DNA from: Lytechinus pictus
Lineage: Eukaryota
DNA: 64,000 bases
NCBI RefSeq assembly: GCF_037042905.1
Contig: NC_087254.1
Location: 3,534,001 to 3,598,000 of the forward strand
Direction of reading: 5' to 3'
The position numbers and the translations under genes are program-made. The notes under the pieces were generated by a model that saw only the letters and a list, made by a program, of their open reading frames with translations, had not been told where the DNA came from and ran no database searches. Shown one piece after another: positions 49,501 to 61,500 of the stretch (its first letter is position 1; the number at the start of each line of letters is the position of its first letter).

Positions 49501-52500
49501 AAATACACGAAGAGAATTATTGGTATAAAAAACAAATTGACAAAATTCAAAGTTTTTTCAATTTTCTTCCTCTCAAAAGCCGATGATGGCAGGGCAGGAC
49601 CCAACATCAACCGATGTCCAACCAGTCGCACTCCCCAGACCTATGAAGCATTCAACAATGTGAACTGCAGTCTTCCGTACGATCCACCGTTTGTTAGTCA
49701 GACAATGGTGACCTTCACCTCTACACACACTCCTCAAGATACATTCGAAGTGGGGACATACCACGTGGTCTACACATTTACCAACGTACAGGGATTCGTA
49801 TCTGAATGCGTGATACCCATCACTGTTACACGTAAGTGTGTTTCATGTTTCCATTGTAATAAATGTCGGCCTAATATTATAGATTAAATTTCCAAAATAT
49901 GCTTATTCCGCTTTTGATGGAAATAAAGTTACCAACGTTACAATTTTTTACCCGTCGACAGGGGAAATTTTTCTGCCAACATTTTATGCACAGAAGTATG
50001 TACAAATATGTCAAATGGATGCTCCGGGCTGAAAATATCTGAATAAATAGAGTAAAATTTACAGAGCAAAATGCCGAATTTTTTTAAAAATCAAAATCGG
50101 ATATCAAATAATAAAGTCATTGAATTCTAAAGTTTAGCAATATTTTGTGAAAACAGTTATATGCAGGTCATCATTAATATTCATTAGGTTGGTTGATGAT
50201 GTCACATCACCACTTTCCTTTTTTTAAAATGTTATTACATGAAATCATGCACTCAATCAGTTGTCATTCCAATTTTTCAGTTCTTGGAGAAAAAAAATGA
50301 ATAAACTTAATTTCATATAATGAAATAAAAAAGAATTAGTGTGGATATGACATCATCCATTTGCTCATTGAATATTCATGACAACATGCCTAGAACTGTT
50401 TCACTGGAAAATGCAAATCTTTAAAGTGTCATAACTTCGTTAAATTCCTTGTCCGACTTTAATCAAATTTTCAGAATTTTGTTTCTCTGATTTTTCTTTA
50501 TCTCTTCAAATCATATTTAATTCAGCCTGGAGTATCCCCTTCAAACAAATGTGTGTTATTGGGAATATATAGCTGGATTTAGCGCCGTTTAGATTTAAAT
50601 CTTTGCTCCTGTTTAGACTGTGATCTTTTCTATAATTTATAGATGAATAAGCATTGGCACTTTGGCTTCAAGATGTTTCTTATGTTTTAATATAATTTGC
50701 AATCGTTTTTTGAAGCTATTATGATTTTTCATCACCAATTACTGGATAGAACTTTGATTAAATTCACTAACGAGAAGACGGTTCTGTGAACGTTGCTAGC
50801 CTTATAGGCTTTATACCAGTATGAAGGCCCTGGATGCCTCAGGGTATACAGCTCAATGTAATTCTTAATGATGCCAAACGTCGACTTTTTGTATTCTTAT
50901 TTCCTTAACTAAACTATAAGTTATAACTTGATCTATCTATCTGTATCATTGTATAATGATACTTTAATCAAAATAAACTACTACATGAATGTCATAAAGA
51001 GGAAGAGACAGTATTCTCATTTGTTTTCATTTCGCATTTCCATTATGCATTAGGTATTCATTCATCATCTTTCTATAATCAATTTGCACTCCCTTTAATT
51101 TCAAACCAATATGTCACAAATTCCTTCATTTTTGCACAATCACTGGATATATTTTTAGGCTCGATGATCAAACGTTGTATAAAACAAAAAAAAAAAAACA
51201 TGGGGAAATGATTTGTCAGTTATTCCACTTCTCTTCAATATAGAGGGAAGCGATGTTTGCAGATGTTTACCTTGTCCAAACGGAGAGACTTGTAACCTTG
51301 TACAAGGTTCTACTGAGTCTTACACATGCGTAATGCAAGCTGGAGGTAAGTGATTTGCCTTACTATCAACACATCTGAGGCCTGTCTTACAGGCCAGCGT
51401 CTTACAAAGAGCTGCGATTGATCCAATCAATCGCAACTATGGAAAGCCAGCAACGTCAAAATCTAGAATACATGTTTGTTCAAAATATTTTCTAGAACTA
51501 ATGTATATTCATACATTCAACGTTTTCTAGACAAACAAGTATGCTTCTTTTTGTTTTCAAAGGACATTGAGAAAATTTCGTCAAGACAAAAAAAACATTG
51601 ACGAATTTCCATATTCTTGAGATTGATCAGGGACCCGTCTGATCAATCACAACTATGGAAAGTCAGCAACGTCAACATCTAAAAATGCTTATTTGTTCAT
51701 TTTTACATGTATTTCAAAATAATTATGATGCATATTCATGAATTCATCGATGAATTTGCTTTTGTTAACAAAGGCCACTTTTCAAACTTCCTGTAGAAAA
51801 AAAATATGACACCGATGGATTCCCATAGAGTTACGATTGATCGGATCAATCGTAGCTCTTTGTAAGACGCTGGCCTGACTTGTAAAATCTTAATGGGAAG
51901 TCATACTATCGAAACCGACTCCAAATATACCAAAAACATTTCATTGAGAAAAATGTCTTAGCTTTGATCGGTATGAATGAAGTTGGTTTCGTTTGTGTGC
52001 GACTGTGACTTTACTGATCAGATTCTGAAAGAGTTCCATACAGCTGGTTATCGCGTCAACTTCCTAGGCTGACCGATCAAAACAGATCTGACTCAAGTCA
52101 AGAAAAAGCTGCTCACTTATAATTAATTGTGCTGTTATGATTGTTAGTGTTTGAATCGATGTTATAGTCATAAATATTCATCAACATTATTATCGATGCC
52201 ATCAGTAGTTGTGAAGTCTTTGGCCATTGATAGAAGCATTTGCATTCAGTTACAAATGTTACAATTTTACAGTCGATAGATCTAATTTTAGCCGGAAAAA
52301 TTACTTTCTTTGCAATCCTGTATGTGGGAGGCAGACCAGCAACCAATCACAATTAAGATATATTATTGATTTGTGCTACGTGAATAGATTCACAATTGAC
52401 CTACAACGCCCCAATAATTATTTAAAGGTCAAGTCCACCCCAGGAAAATGTTGATTTAAATCAATAGAGAAAAATCAAACTAGTATATTGCTGAAAATTT

Positions 52501-55500
52501 CATCAAAATCGATATGCACAACTAGGTGAGTCAGTCGATGATGTCCATCACTCACTATTTCTTTTGTTTTTTATTGTTTGAATTATACAATATTTCATTT
52601 TTTAGCTCATCCGGCCCGAAGGGCAAGATGAGCTTATGCCGTGGCGTGGCGTCCGTCGTCTGTCGTCTGTCGTCCGTCCACAATTTCAAAATGCTACTAC
52701 TTCGCCATTTCAAGTCCGATTTCAATTCTGTTTGCTTTATATGATAGCACTAGGTGGGGGATTTAAAACTTCTACACATAATTTTAAATATGCTAATTTA
52801 TGCGCATTTTTCAAAATTCACAAAAAATGCTTCTTCTTCTTTATTTATTGACCGATTTTGAATTTTTTGCTTCCATCTGGTAGAGTTTTATGAGGTTCAC
52901 CAAACTTCTACACAGAATTTGGAAATTTTGACCAGAACAATTTTTATGCTAATTTATGCGAAATTAGTTTATGCAAATGTTGAAAAATTCACATAAAATG
53001 CTTCTTCTTCTTTATTTGTTGACCGAATTTGATTTTTTTTCTTTCATCTGGTAGAGCTTCATGAGGTTCACCAATCTTCTTCACAGAATTTTGAAATATT
53101 GACTAGAACAATTTTTATGCTAATTTATGCGAAATTAATTTATGCATATTTTTAAAATTCACATAGAATGCTTCTTTTTCTTTATTTGTTGACCGATTTT
53201 GATTTTTTTTCTTTCATCTAGAAGAGCTTCATGAGGTTCACCAATCTTCCTCACAGAATTTAAAAATGTCAACATAGAATTTTGAAACTCATTAAATATG
53301 CTAATTTATTCATATATTTTCAAACTCACAAAAAATACTTATTTATTTGTTGATTGACTGGTTATTTTTGTTCCATCTGAGAGCTACATTAGGTTCACCA
53401 AGGTTCTACAAAGAGTTAAGAAACTTGACTAGATAATCATTAATACTTAATTCATACATTGTAGATCACAAAAAATGCTTCTATGTCATTTCTTCATCAA
53501 TTTCAATTCTACATCCTCAATTTATGTCACCAATATAATTCACTACAGTGTCAACTGGGCTGAAATTAAAATTGTGTTAAATTTTGTTGCGAGATGCCGG
53601 ATGAGCTCCATTCACATCATTGATGTGCTAAATTATAGATTTGACAGTAAGGACCAACTTGACTGAACCATATAGTATTAAACAATGCTAATTCCACATG
53701 TTCAGGGAGGAAATAATAGTTGTAACACTTGACAATGAGGACAAAATTAGAGTATTTCATATAATAAAATACAAAAGAAATAGTGAGTGGATGACGTCAT
53801 CAGTCTCCCATTTGCATACCAGCCAGGATGTGCATATAAATGTTTTGTGAAATTAAGCGAAACTTTAAAATGTCATAACTTTCTTATTTTACATCCGATT
53901 TTCATGAATTTTTTTAGTGTTATGCTTGTTGGATTTTTCTCTTTTCATTCAAATCAACTTTTTGTTGGCGTGGACCTGTCCTTTAAGAGTCTATTTCCAC
54001 GGTGTAATAATTGACATCTATGCTATTGCTTTCCAGATCTAGCTCCATTTATCCAGAATTGTCCCGAGGACCTCGAAGTGATTCTTCCGAACGGGATGGT
54101 CTCAGTTAGCGTTGACTGGATAGAGCCTACAGCGTCAGACGACGTCGATGGCGTGCTCGATCTCGTCACCAACTACAATCCTCGAGAATCCTTCAATCTA
54201 GGAATCACACAGGTTGTGTACAATGCCACAGACAGCCAACAACAGTCAACATTTTGTGTGTTCAACGTCGAAGTATCCCAAACAGGTTAGAAATTATTTC
54301 TTTAAGTTTTTATACAGTACATGACATTGATTTCTCATATTGATGTAAAGTTGAACCTGTCTAAAGATGAATATACCGTTTCTGCTGACAAGAAATGCAT
54401 GTAGGCCTTCGTGCTCAGTATTAAGAACAAGAAAAACATCTCATCGTTATGTTATTTTACTAGTTTTATGAACTTCCTGAAAAGTACATATTTTTTTAAA
54501 ATCAGTTTAAATCAAATATTTTTTAAATCAGTTAAAGAATTCAAAAGGTTTTCGGTAGCAATCATATGCATATTTTAAGATTCAGGATTGGGAGGTATTT
54601 CATCAGAGTTAGAAATGTTTTGATCTCTTCAGGAATGAGTGGGTATAGCCTAACTGACGATAATAGTTACATTTCATTATTCCTTCATCTACAGCGGATA
54701 CAACTTCACCAGTCTTCATGAACTGCCCTTCGACCGTGACCCACCAATTGCCAATCGGGGAGGATACCGCTTCAGTAACATGGACAGAACCGACTGCAAC
54801 GGACGACGATGGTCAGGTTACAGTGGATTCTACAAGATCACCGGGGGATAATTTCACCGTTGGGACATCGCATGTGGTCTATACTGCAACCGACGAGGCT
54901 GGACTGCAATCCACGTGCGACTTTAATGTTAGGATAAAAGCTACAGGTATCCGTCTTGGATCATGTTCCTCTGGCAGTTGATTAGAGGTCCCGTATTGCA
55001 CATTGAAAGGCAAATCATTAGGTGCTTAGGAAATTCTGCAAGATATACTATTTGATGCTATTCTGATGAACTTGTATAGAGTGCACCAAACCTGAAGCAA
55101 AGATCAAATACATAAATTAAACGTGTTAAAATGCACTCATTCTGAAGTCAGTATTTCCTTTCAATTATATTGAGCAGAAAGCATATTCTAAATATTTTTA
55201 ACATATACAATCCGTGTATCAGATATACAGTGTAAGGGCATACTTGATCATGCTATATATATATCCCTTATTTTGTCTCTATAATTTTGTTTTCGTTTGA
55301 CAGAGGATCATATTCCACCAGTGGTATCCGGTTGTCCATTTGCTGCTGTAGCTGAAATAAGTGGTACATCCACAGTAGTCAGATGGTCTATTCCAACATC
55401 TGCCGATGGTAGGCTAGTCGAATCACCGACTCTCGGCAGTCCTGGAGATTTCTTACCACAGGGTGTACTTGGGCCTGAATATTATATTTTCAATGACACC

Positions 55501-58500
55501 GCTGGAAACATAGCCGCGTGTCCTCTGTATATTTTTGTCGTAGGTAAGTTTTGTTATTATTCAGTTGGAAATCACATAGATTAATAGTGTTCTACATTAT
55601 AGAGTGCATATATGGCACCATTAATTGCATGACGTCACGACAGGGGGTAGTGCCAAGGGGGGGGGGTGGATTTGGACCATCTCTAAGATTGGTACCATCA
55701 GTGAATAGAAGTGTAGAATAAAGGAGACAAAAGAGGGAGAATAGGTAAAAAAGATGAAGAAGGAGATGTCTGGTCTCGGTAGCTCTACAACGCCCCCTTT
55801 ATTTCAACTTAAAAAAAATACATGACGTCACATTTGGATAGTCGTGCACACCCCCCCCCCATCAAATCCCGGTGCCATTCCTGCCGCGGCGCAGTGAGAT
55901 TTAAATTGCATCCAGGTTTCATACATGTCTAGATTATAGAAACAAGACTACACAAGTAACATGATATGAATAATCAAATCCACAGTCAAAGACTATTTCA
56001 AATGGTTTATCTGTAAAGGTCAAAACCACCCCAGCAAAATATTGATTTGAATAAGTAGAGAAAAATCAAACTAGCATAACACTAAAAATTTCATTAAAAT
56101 CGGATGTAAAATAAGTAAGTTATGGCATTTTAAAGTTTCGCTTATTTTTCACAAAACAGTGATATGCACAACACAGTGACATGCAAATGAGTCAGTCGAT
56201 GATGTCCATCACTCACTTTTTCTTTTATTTTTTATTGTTTGAATTATACAGTGTTTCATTTTTAACAGATTTGACCATAGAGACCGACTTGACTTAACCA
56301 TATAGTATTAAAGAATCCTAATTCTACATGTTCAGGGAGGAATTAATAACAATTTCACTTGACAAATGACAATGAGGAGAAAATTAGAATATTTCATATC
56401 TCACATAATAAAATACAAAAGAAATAGTGAGTGGATGACGTCATCAGGCTCCTCATTTGCCTACTGACCATACTGTTCTGCTTGTTGGATCTTTTTATTC
56501 AAATCAATTTTTTTTTGGGGTGGACTTGTCCTTTAAACCTTTATTATTTTTAATGAATGTCGATAATGATAGACCGTTCGGACACGGTGGGACCGACAGT
56601 GTCTTCCTGTCCTTCCGATGTGACCGTTACTGTTGAACCGGGGATCTTCACTATGGCAGCAACCTGGACGCCCCCATCCGCAACTGATGACGTCACATCC
56701 CAGGGTAATATAATCCAGATAGTTACGAACGACCCAGGAGATTCTTTTGGAGTGGGCACAACTCCTGTGACGTATGTCTTTCTGGACGAGCAAGGGAACA
56801 ATGGGACATGTCAATTCAACGTTGTCGTAATCCAAACCGATGGTATGTATGGCTTGGATATCAATTGGCTGAAGCTCTGAACATTTGTGTGGGTAGCAAA
56901 TCGAAAGAAAACTGACGATTAAGAAAAGAATGTTCGGTTTTACTGCTTAAATTATGTGACGGTGTACGATTAACATGCTTTAACCAATTCCGATTACATC
57001 AAATATGTGTTTTCATGTAACATGGCTTATCAAAATGTTGGTTTTTTAAAGTAAAATAAAAGATAAATTCTGTAACAATCGCCTTTCTTTCTTTCTGTTG
57101 TAGGAGACACCGTACCTCCCGTATTTTCTGGATGTCCACCTAATATTGATATCTCAGCTCCTTTTGGTGCTACATCTACCACTGTGACATGGACGGAACC
57201 CACGGCAAGTGATAGCGGTCTTCAACTAACTGTTAGCTCTGAAATCAGCCCTGGTGCAAACTTTCCGATTGGAGTCACAACTGTCACTTACACAGCTACG
57301 GATAGGAGCGGACTGAACTCACAGTGTACTTTTAGTGTAATTGTGCGTGCGGGAGTAGGTAGGCATATTTTCCACCTGAAGATTTTTTTTTGTTAAAAGC
57401 ACTGATACTTTCCCCGGGGAGAGTTTCATGAACATTTGAATGATGAAATCTAGTTGTCTGACAAGTCTTAAGGTCTGAAAACTTTTCTCGATTTTTTTGA
57501 CCAAGAAGCAGTGTTTGCTGTGGTACTTGTTTGATAAAACAGGCATTTCATTGAACACTCCCCCAAAGTCATTTTCTTTAATTTCGAGCTTTGTGCACTC
57601 ATCCTTTTCCATCAGATCTTCTTGAACGCTGGTTAAGTTAGCAATAAATCGTATTTAGAGTATTATGTGATCCATGTTGTGTTAGTTTGAAATCAATTTC
57701 TTTTCATATCATAAAAACACCCCCTAATTGTTTTGATTTACAGTCGACAACATAAGGCCAGTACTAACCTGTCCATCCTTCACGCCGCAAGTAGTTGAAC
57801 TTGGTACAGACACGGTGGAACTGTCTTTTAACGATCCTGAAATCATGGATGAATCCAATACGGCAACCCTATCATATCGAAGCCATTACTTTCCTTTTAA
57901 CTTCAGCGTCAGTGTAGCGACTACCGTTGAATTTGTGGCCATGGATCAAGCAGGAAACGTGGGATCCTGTTTCTTCTCGGTTTTCTTCAGGGGAGGTAAG
58001 GTATTTGTACCTGTTACGGCAGCATTACCCGGTGTCAGGCGGGTCTAGCTTTTTGCTAGGAGTTTGGTTTGACAAGTTGGTTGGACTCGTTTGTTTGAAC
58101 CAATGACAACGAGCGGCGACTTTCTGCGCCATAAACTACCCGCCCGTAGGAATGAAGATGGGGTTGGTGTTTGATCCCATCCCTTTTGGAAGCCTGAAAC
58201 ATTCTATATTTTACTTTGCCTCCTTTTGAAATTTACAACGACATGTTTATAGAGAATGACCTTAAAATTTGAGGAAGACTGGCAACACGAATCGGAAGCA
58301 CAACAGGTTTGTAAAGATAATAACAAGTCACAAGTACATAGGTGGATATAATCCCACAGTAAAAATTCAATAGTAAACCTAATATAAAAACGTGATAAAT
58401 GCATGACAACTTGGATTCATAGAATCATATAGCTTTTAAATATCATCATACTCATGAGGGTGGTGATTTTAACATTTTCATTGCAGCTGATCGTACTCCG

Positions 58501-61500
58501 CCAACCGTTATGTGTCCAGACCCAATAAACCGCACAGTCGAGCTCGGACAGGGTTTCATCAATGTTTCTTTCCCGAACGCGAATGCAACAGATTTCAGTG
58601 TTGTCACTCTCGTGAGTCAGAGTCACACTTCGGGTGACGCCTTTCCTGTAGGCGAGACAAATGTCACATTCGTCTTCCAGGATGAGGGCGCGAACATCGG
58701 GGAATGTAGTTTTCCAATTTCCGTTGTTGCTGGTATGTAATGATCATAGTACGCATGACTTCTAGGCCAAGAGCATTAGTTTTGAAATATGGAAATTTCT
58801 GGTAACAAGCTGATTTCTTTCAAGAATGGTCCAGGAATATGTTTGGAATAACTTACTAAAAAGTCCACATAAATCCTCCTTAAGGGTTTCCATAATCCAA
58901 GATAGACCTTTAAACTATGAAATATGCACCGAATTGGGATGTCTAGTGTCAGTACTGAGTGAGTTATGTCCATTTTCTGTGAATGGCGGACATTTTGGAT
59001 GTCATCTTGGATTACGGAAAACCACCAAGGAGATTACATGAGGACGTTTAGTATGGTATTGTAGACATATTCCTGAACCAATCCTGAAAAATCAGCTTGT
59101 TACCTGAAATTTCCTTTCTTAAGCCTATTTTGGCCCAATGCTCTTGGCCTTTTCACGCAAGATTGATGATGTACACTGATATACAGCTGACTAAGCCCCT
59201 AAAACATGTCCTGCTTTTGTTAAATTCGTGCTTAAATAAAGCTGTATGAAATATCATTCAGCTGAGCCTCCTTAATAACGACTCTTTCGTTAATGAAATC
59301 ATTATTGACAGTTATATATTTTAGATGTGTTCCTGCCCTAACTTAAGAATGATTTGTCGCAATTAATGTTTTGAAAGTACTCAATCCGGCATTATGGACT
59401 TCGTTGGCCCGATAATCTCTCCTTGTGTTCCTTAATAACTTAACAGCTGATGGATGGCGGTTAAGAAATAACTGCAAGTATTTTTGAGAACGTTTTTTCA
59501 TAGCTGGTGAGTGACTGGGTCTACTGTATTCATTATGCCTATTGTTTTATCCTTGACCATACAGTCGATACCACACCACCGGAAGTTATATGTCCTTCCA
59601 TTTTCTACGAGACGGTAGAACTCGGTCTTAACAACACGACAATAATCTTTCCAAATGACACGGCGAATGCAACAGATATATCGGGCACGCCGTCTCTTTT
59701 CAGCATTACACCACCGTCGGGATCGGTATTTGATATTGGACAAACCCTTGTTACCGTCGTCTTCACCGACATGAGCAACAATCTTGGCAATTGTACATTC
59801 ACTGTCAATGTTACAATGCGTGAGTAACTCAACTTTCGGAGTATTTCGAAGGAGTCGGATTGTTAGAGCTTTAATTTTGGGCCTCGACTTTTGTGGCATG
59901 ACAAGTATGTCGATTTAATTTAATATTCAAAACTTTCTAGCAGTTTTGACTGGAGCAATCATACAGACAAAAAGGTTCACGATATGGGTACTTTCAAATA
60001 ACGTTTTCATTTGATTTCAGTTGACATTATTCTTCCATTCAATGAACTATGAACATTGGTTACCTAAGCATGATAAACTTATTAAATAAGTGCATACATA
60101 TATAGTGCATACATACATAGCGCATATAATATTGAAAAAAATATTGCATAATGGATTACAGTATACAAACGGGATTGAACAGTAAATGGAAATACTATGA
60201 CTTTTCTGCCAATAGAAATAAATGATTAGCGCAAAAAAGTAAATGCTTCTCCTTCCCCTTCCTTTTTAAGACGTGAATAAATGGTAGCGATCGAACAAAC
60301 ATTTACATACAGCTACCGATCAGAGTTGCGTTACATGAAGGTTTACAATCAGTCGCTTAATGCCAATGACCTATCAAGATCGTCGTTGGATGCGTACTTG
60401 GTTCACATTACTGACCGTGAACCCATCAAAGTGGTTTCAGATTTCTAATTTAACACAAACCGTTATGTTACGGCCCCTGATCAGCAATATTCCTTAGGAA
60501 TCTGCCTCTTTAATGACTATTTTCCTTTAATATTTGTATTTTCCTTATGTAATTGCAGAGGATACTACTCCACCAATGCTAACATGTCCTGAAACCATCA
60601 TCCAGGAGACAGAAGTCGGTCTGGGTCCAGTGAATGTGTCCTTTGACGATCCTGTCATTTCCGATGCGTCCAACACGGCAATGATAGTGTCACGAAGTCA
60701 CAACTCGGGTACCTTCTTTCCTGCTGGAGCGGTCACTCTGGTCAACTTCACCGCTGCTGATGAGAGTGGAAACCACGCATCGTGCTCCCTCGCCATCTTC
60801 ATTATGGAAGGTACGACTACCTCCTGAGTCATGAACGTTTGGCTCAAAGGGTTGTCAGGGTCGAGCAAATGTTACATTCGAAGGTTCGCCCGATTAAACT
60901 GTGCCTGATCTGATGCTTGTTGCACAGTTGCGTTTGATCACAACTCAAAATATCGAGCGCAATTCCGTAATAGTTTTTGATTGGTTAAAAATCAAGTTGC
61001 TTATAATCTTATAGTTGTGTGCAATTGCAATTCTTTCGTCTTCGGACCTAAAGTACAGTAAAACGTATTAAAATCATTCTTGCGTCGTAAATTTGACTCT
61101 TTTGGGCTGTCTTATGTGTTTATAGAGAAGCAATTTTTTTTGTATAACTTCAAGCTGTTTAACCACTGCAAAATAACAGATGTGACCCTATCCATATAAT
61201 AAGAATCTGCACGGAATTGGCACCTAACTGAAAATAATTCTCTTGAATGTTGTCAGATGGTTAATGTACAAATAGGAATATAACTGCTGTCAAACAAGTT
61301 CCCCAGTTACTAATAATGTGTTTCAGGAAATAATTCCCCTTTCACCTGGTGTTAGAGTTAAAAGAAAACAAACGAACAAACCAATATGCCTACGTTAGTG
61401 GGCTTAGAATGTTATTTCTCTTAAAGGATCTGTATGTATGAAGTATGCAATCATTCTTGTGGATAATAGCATAGGCCTACTACTGCTATTTTTCTCTTCC

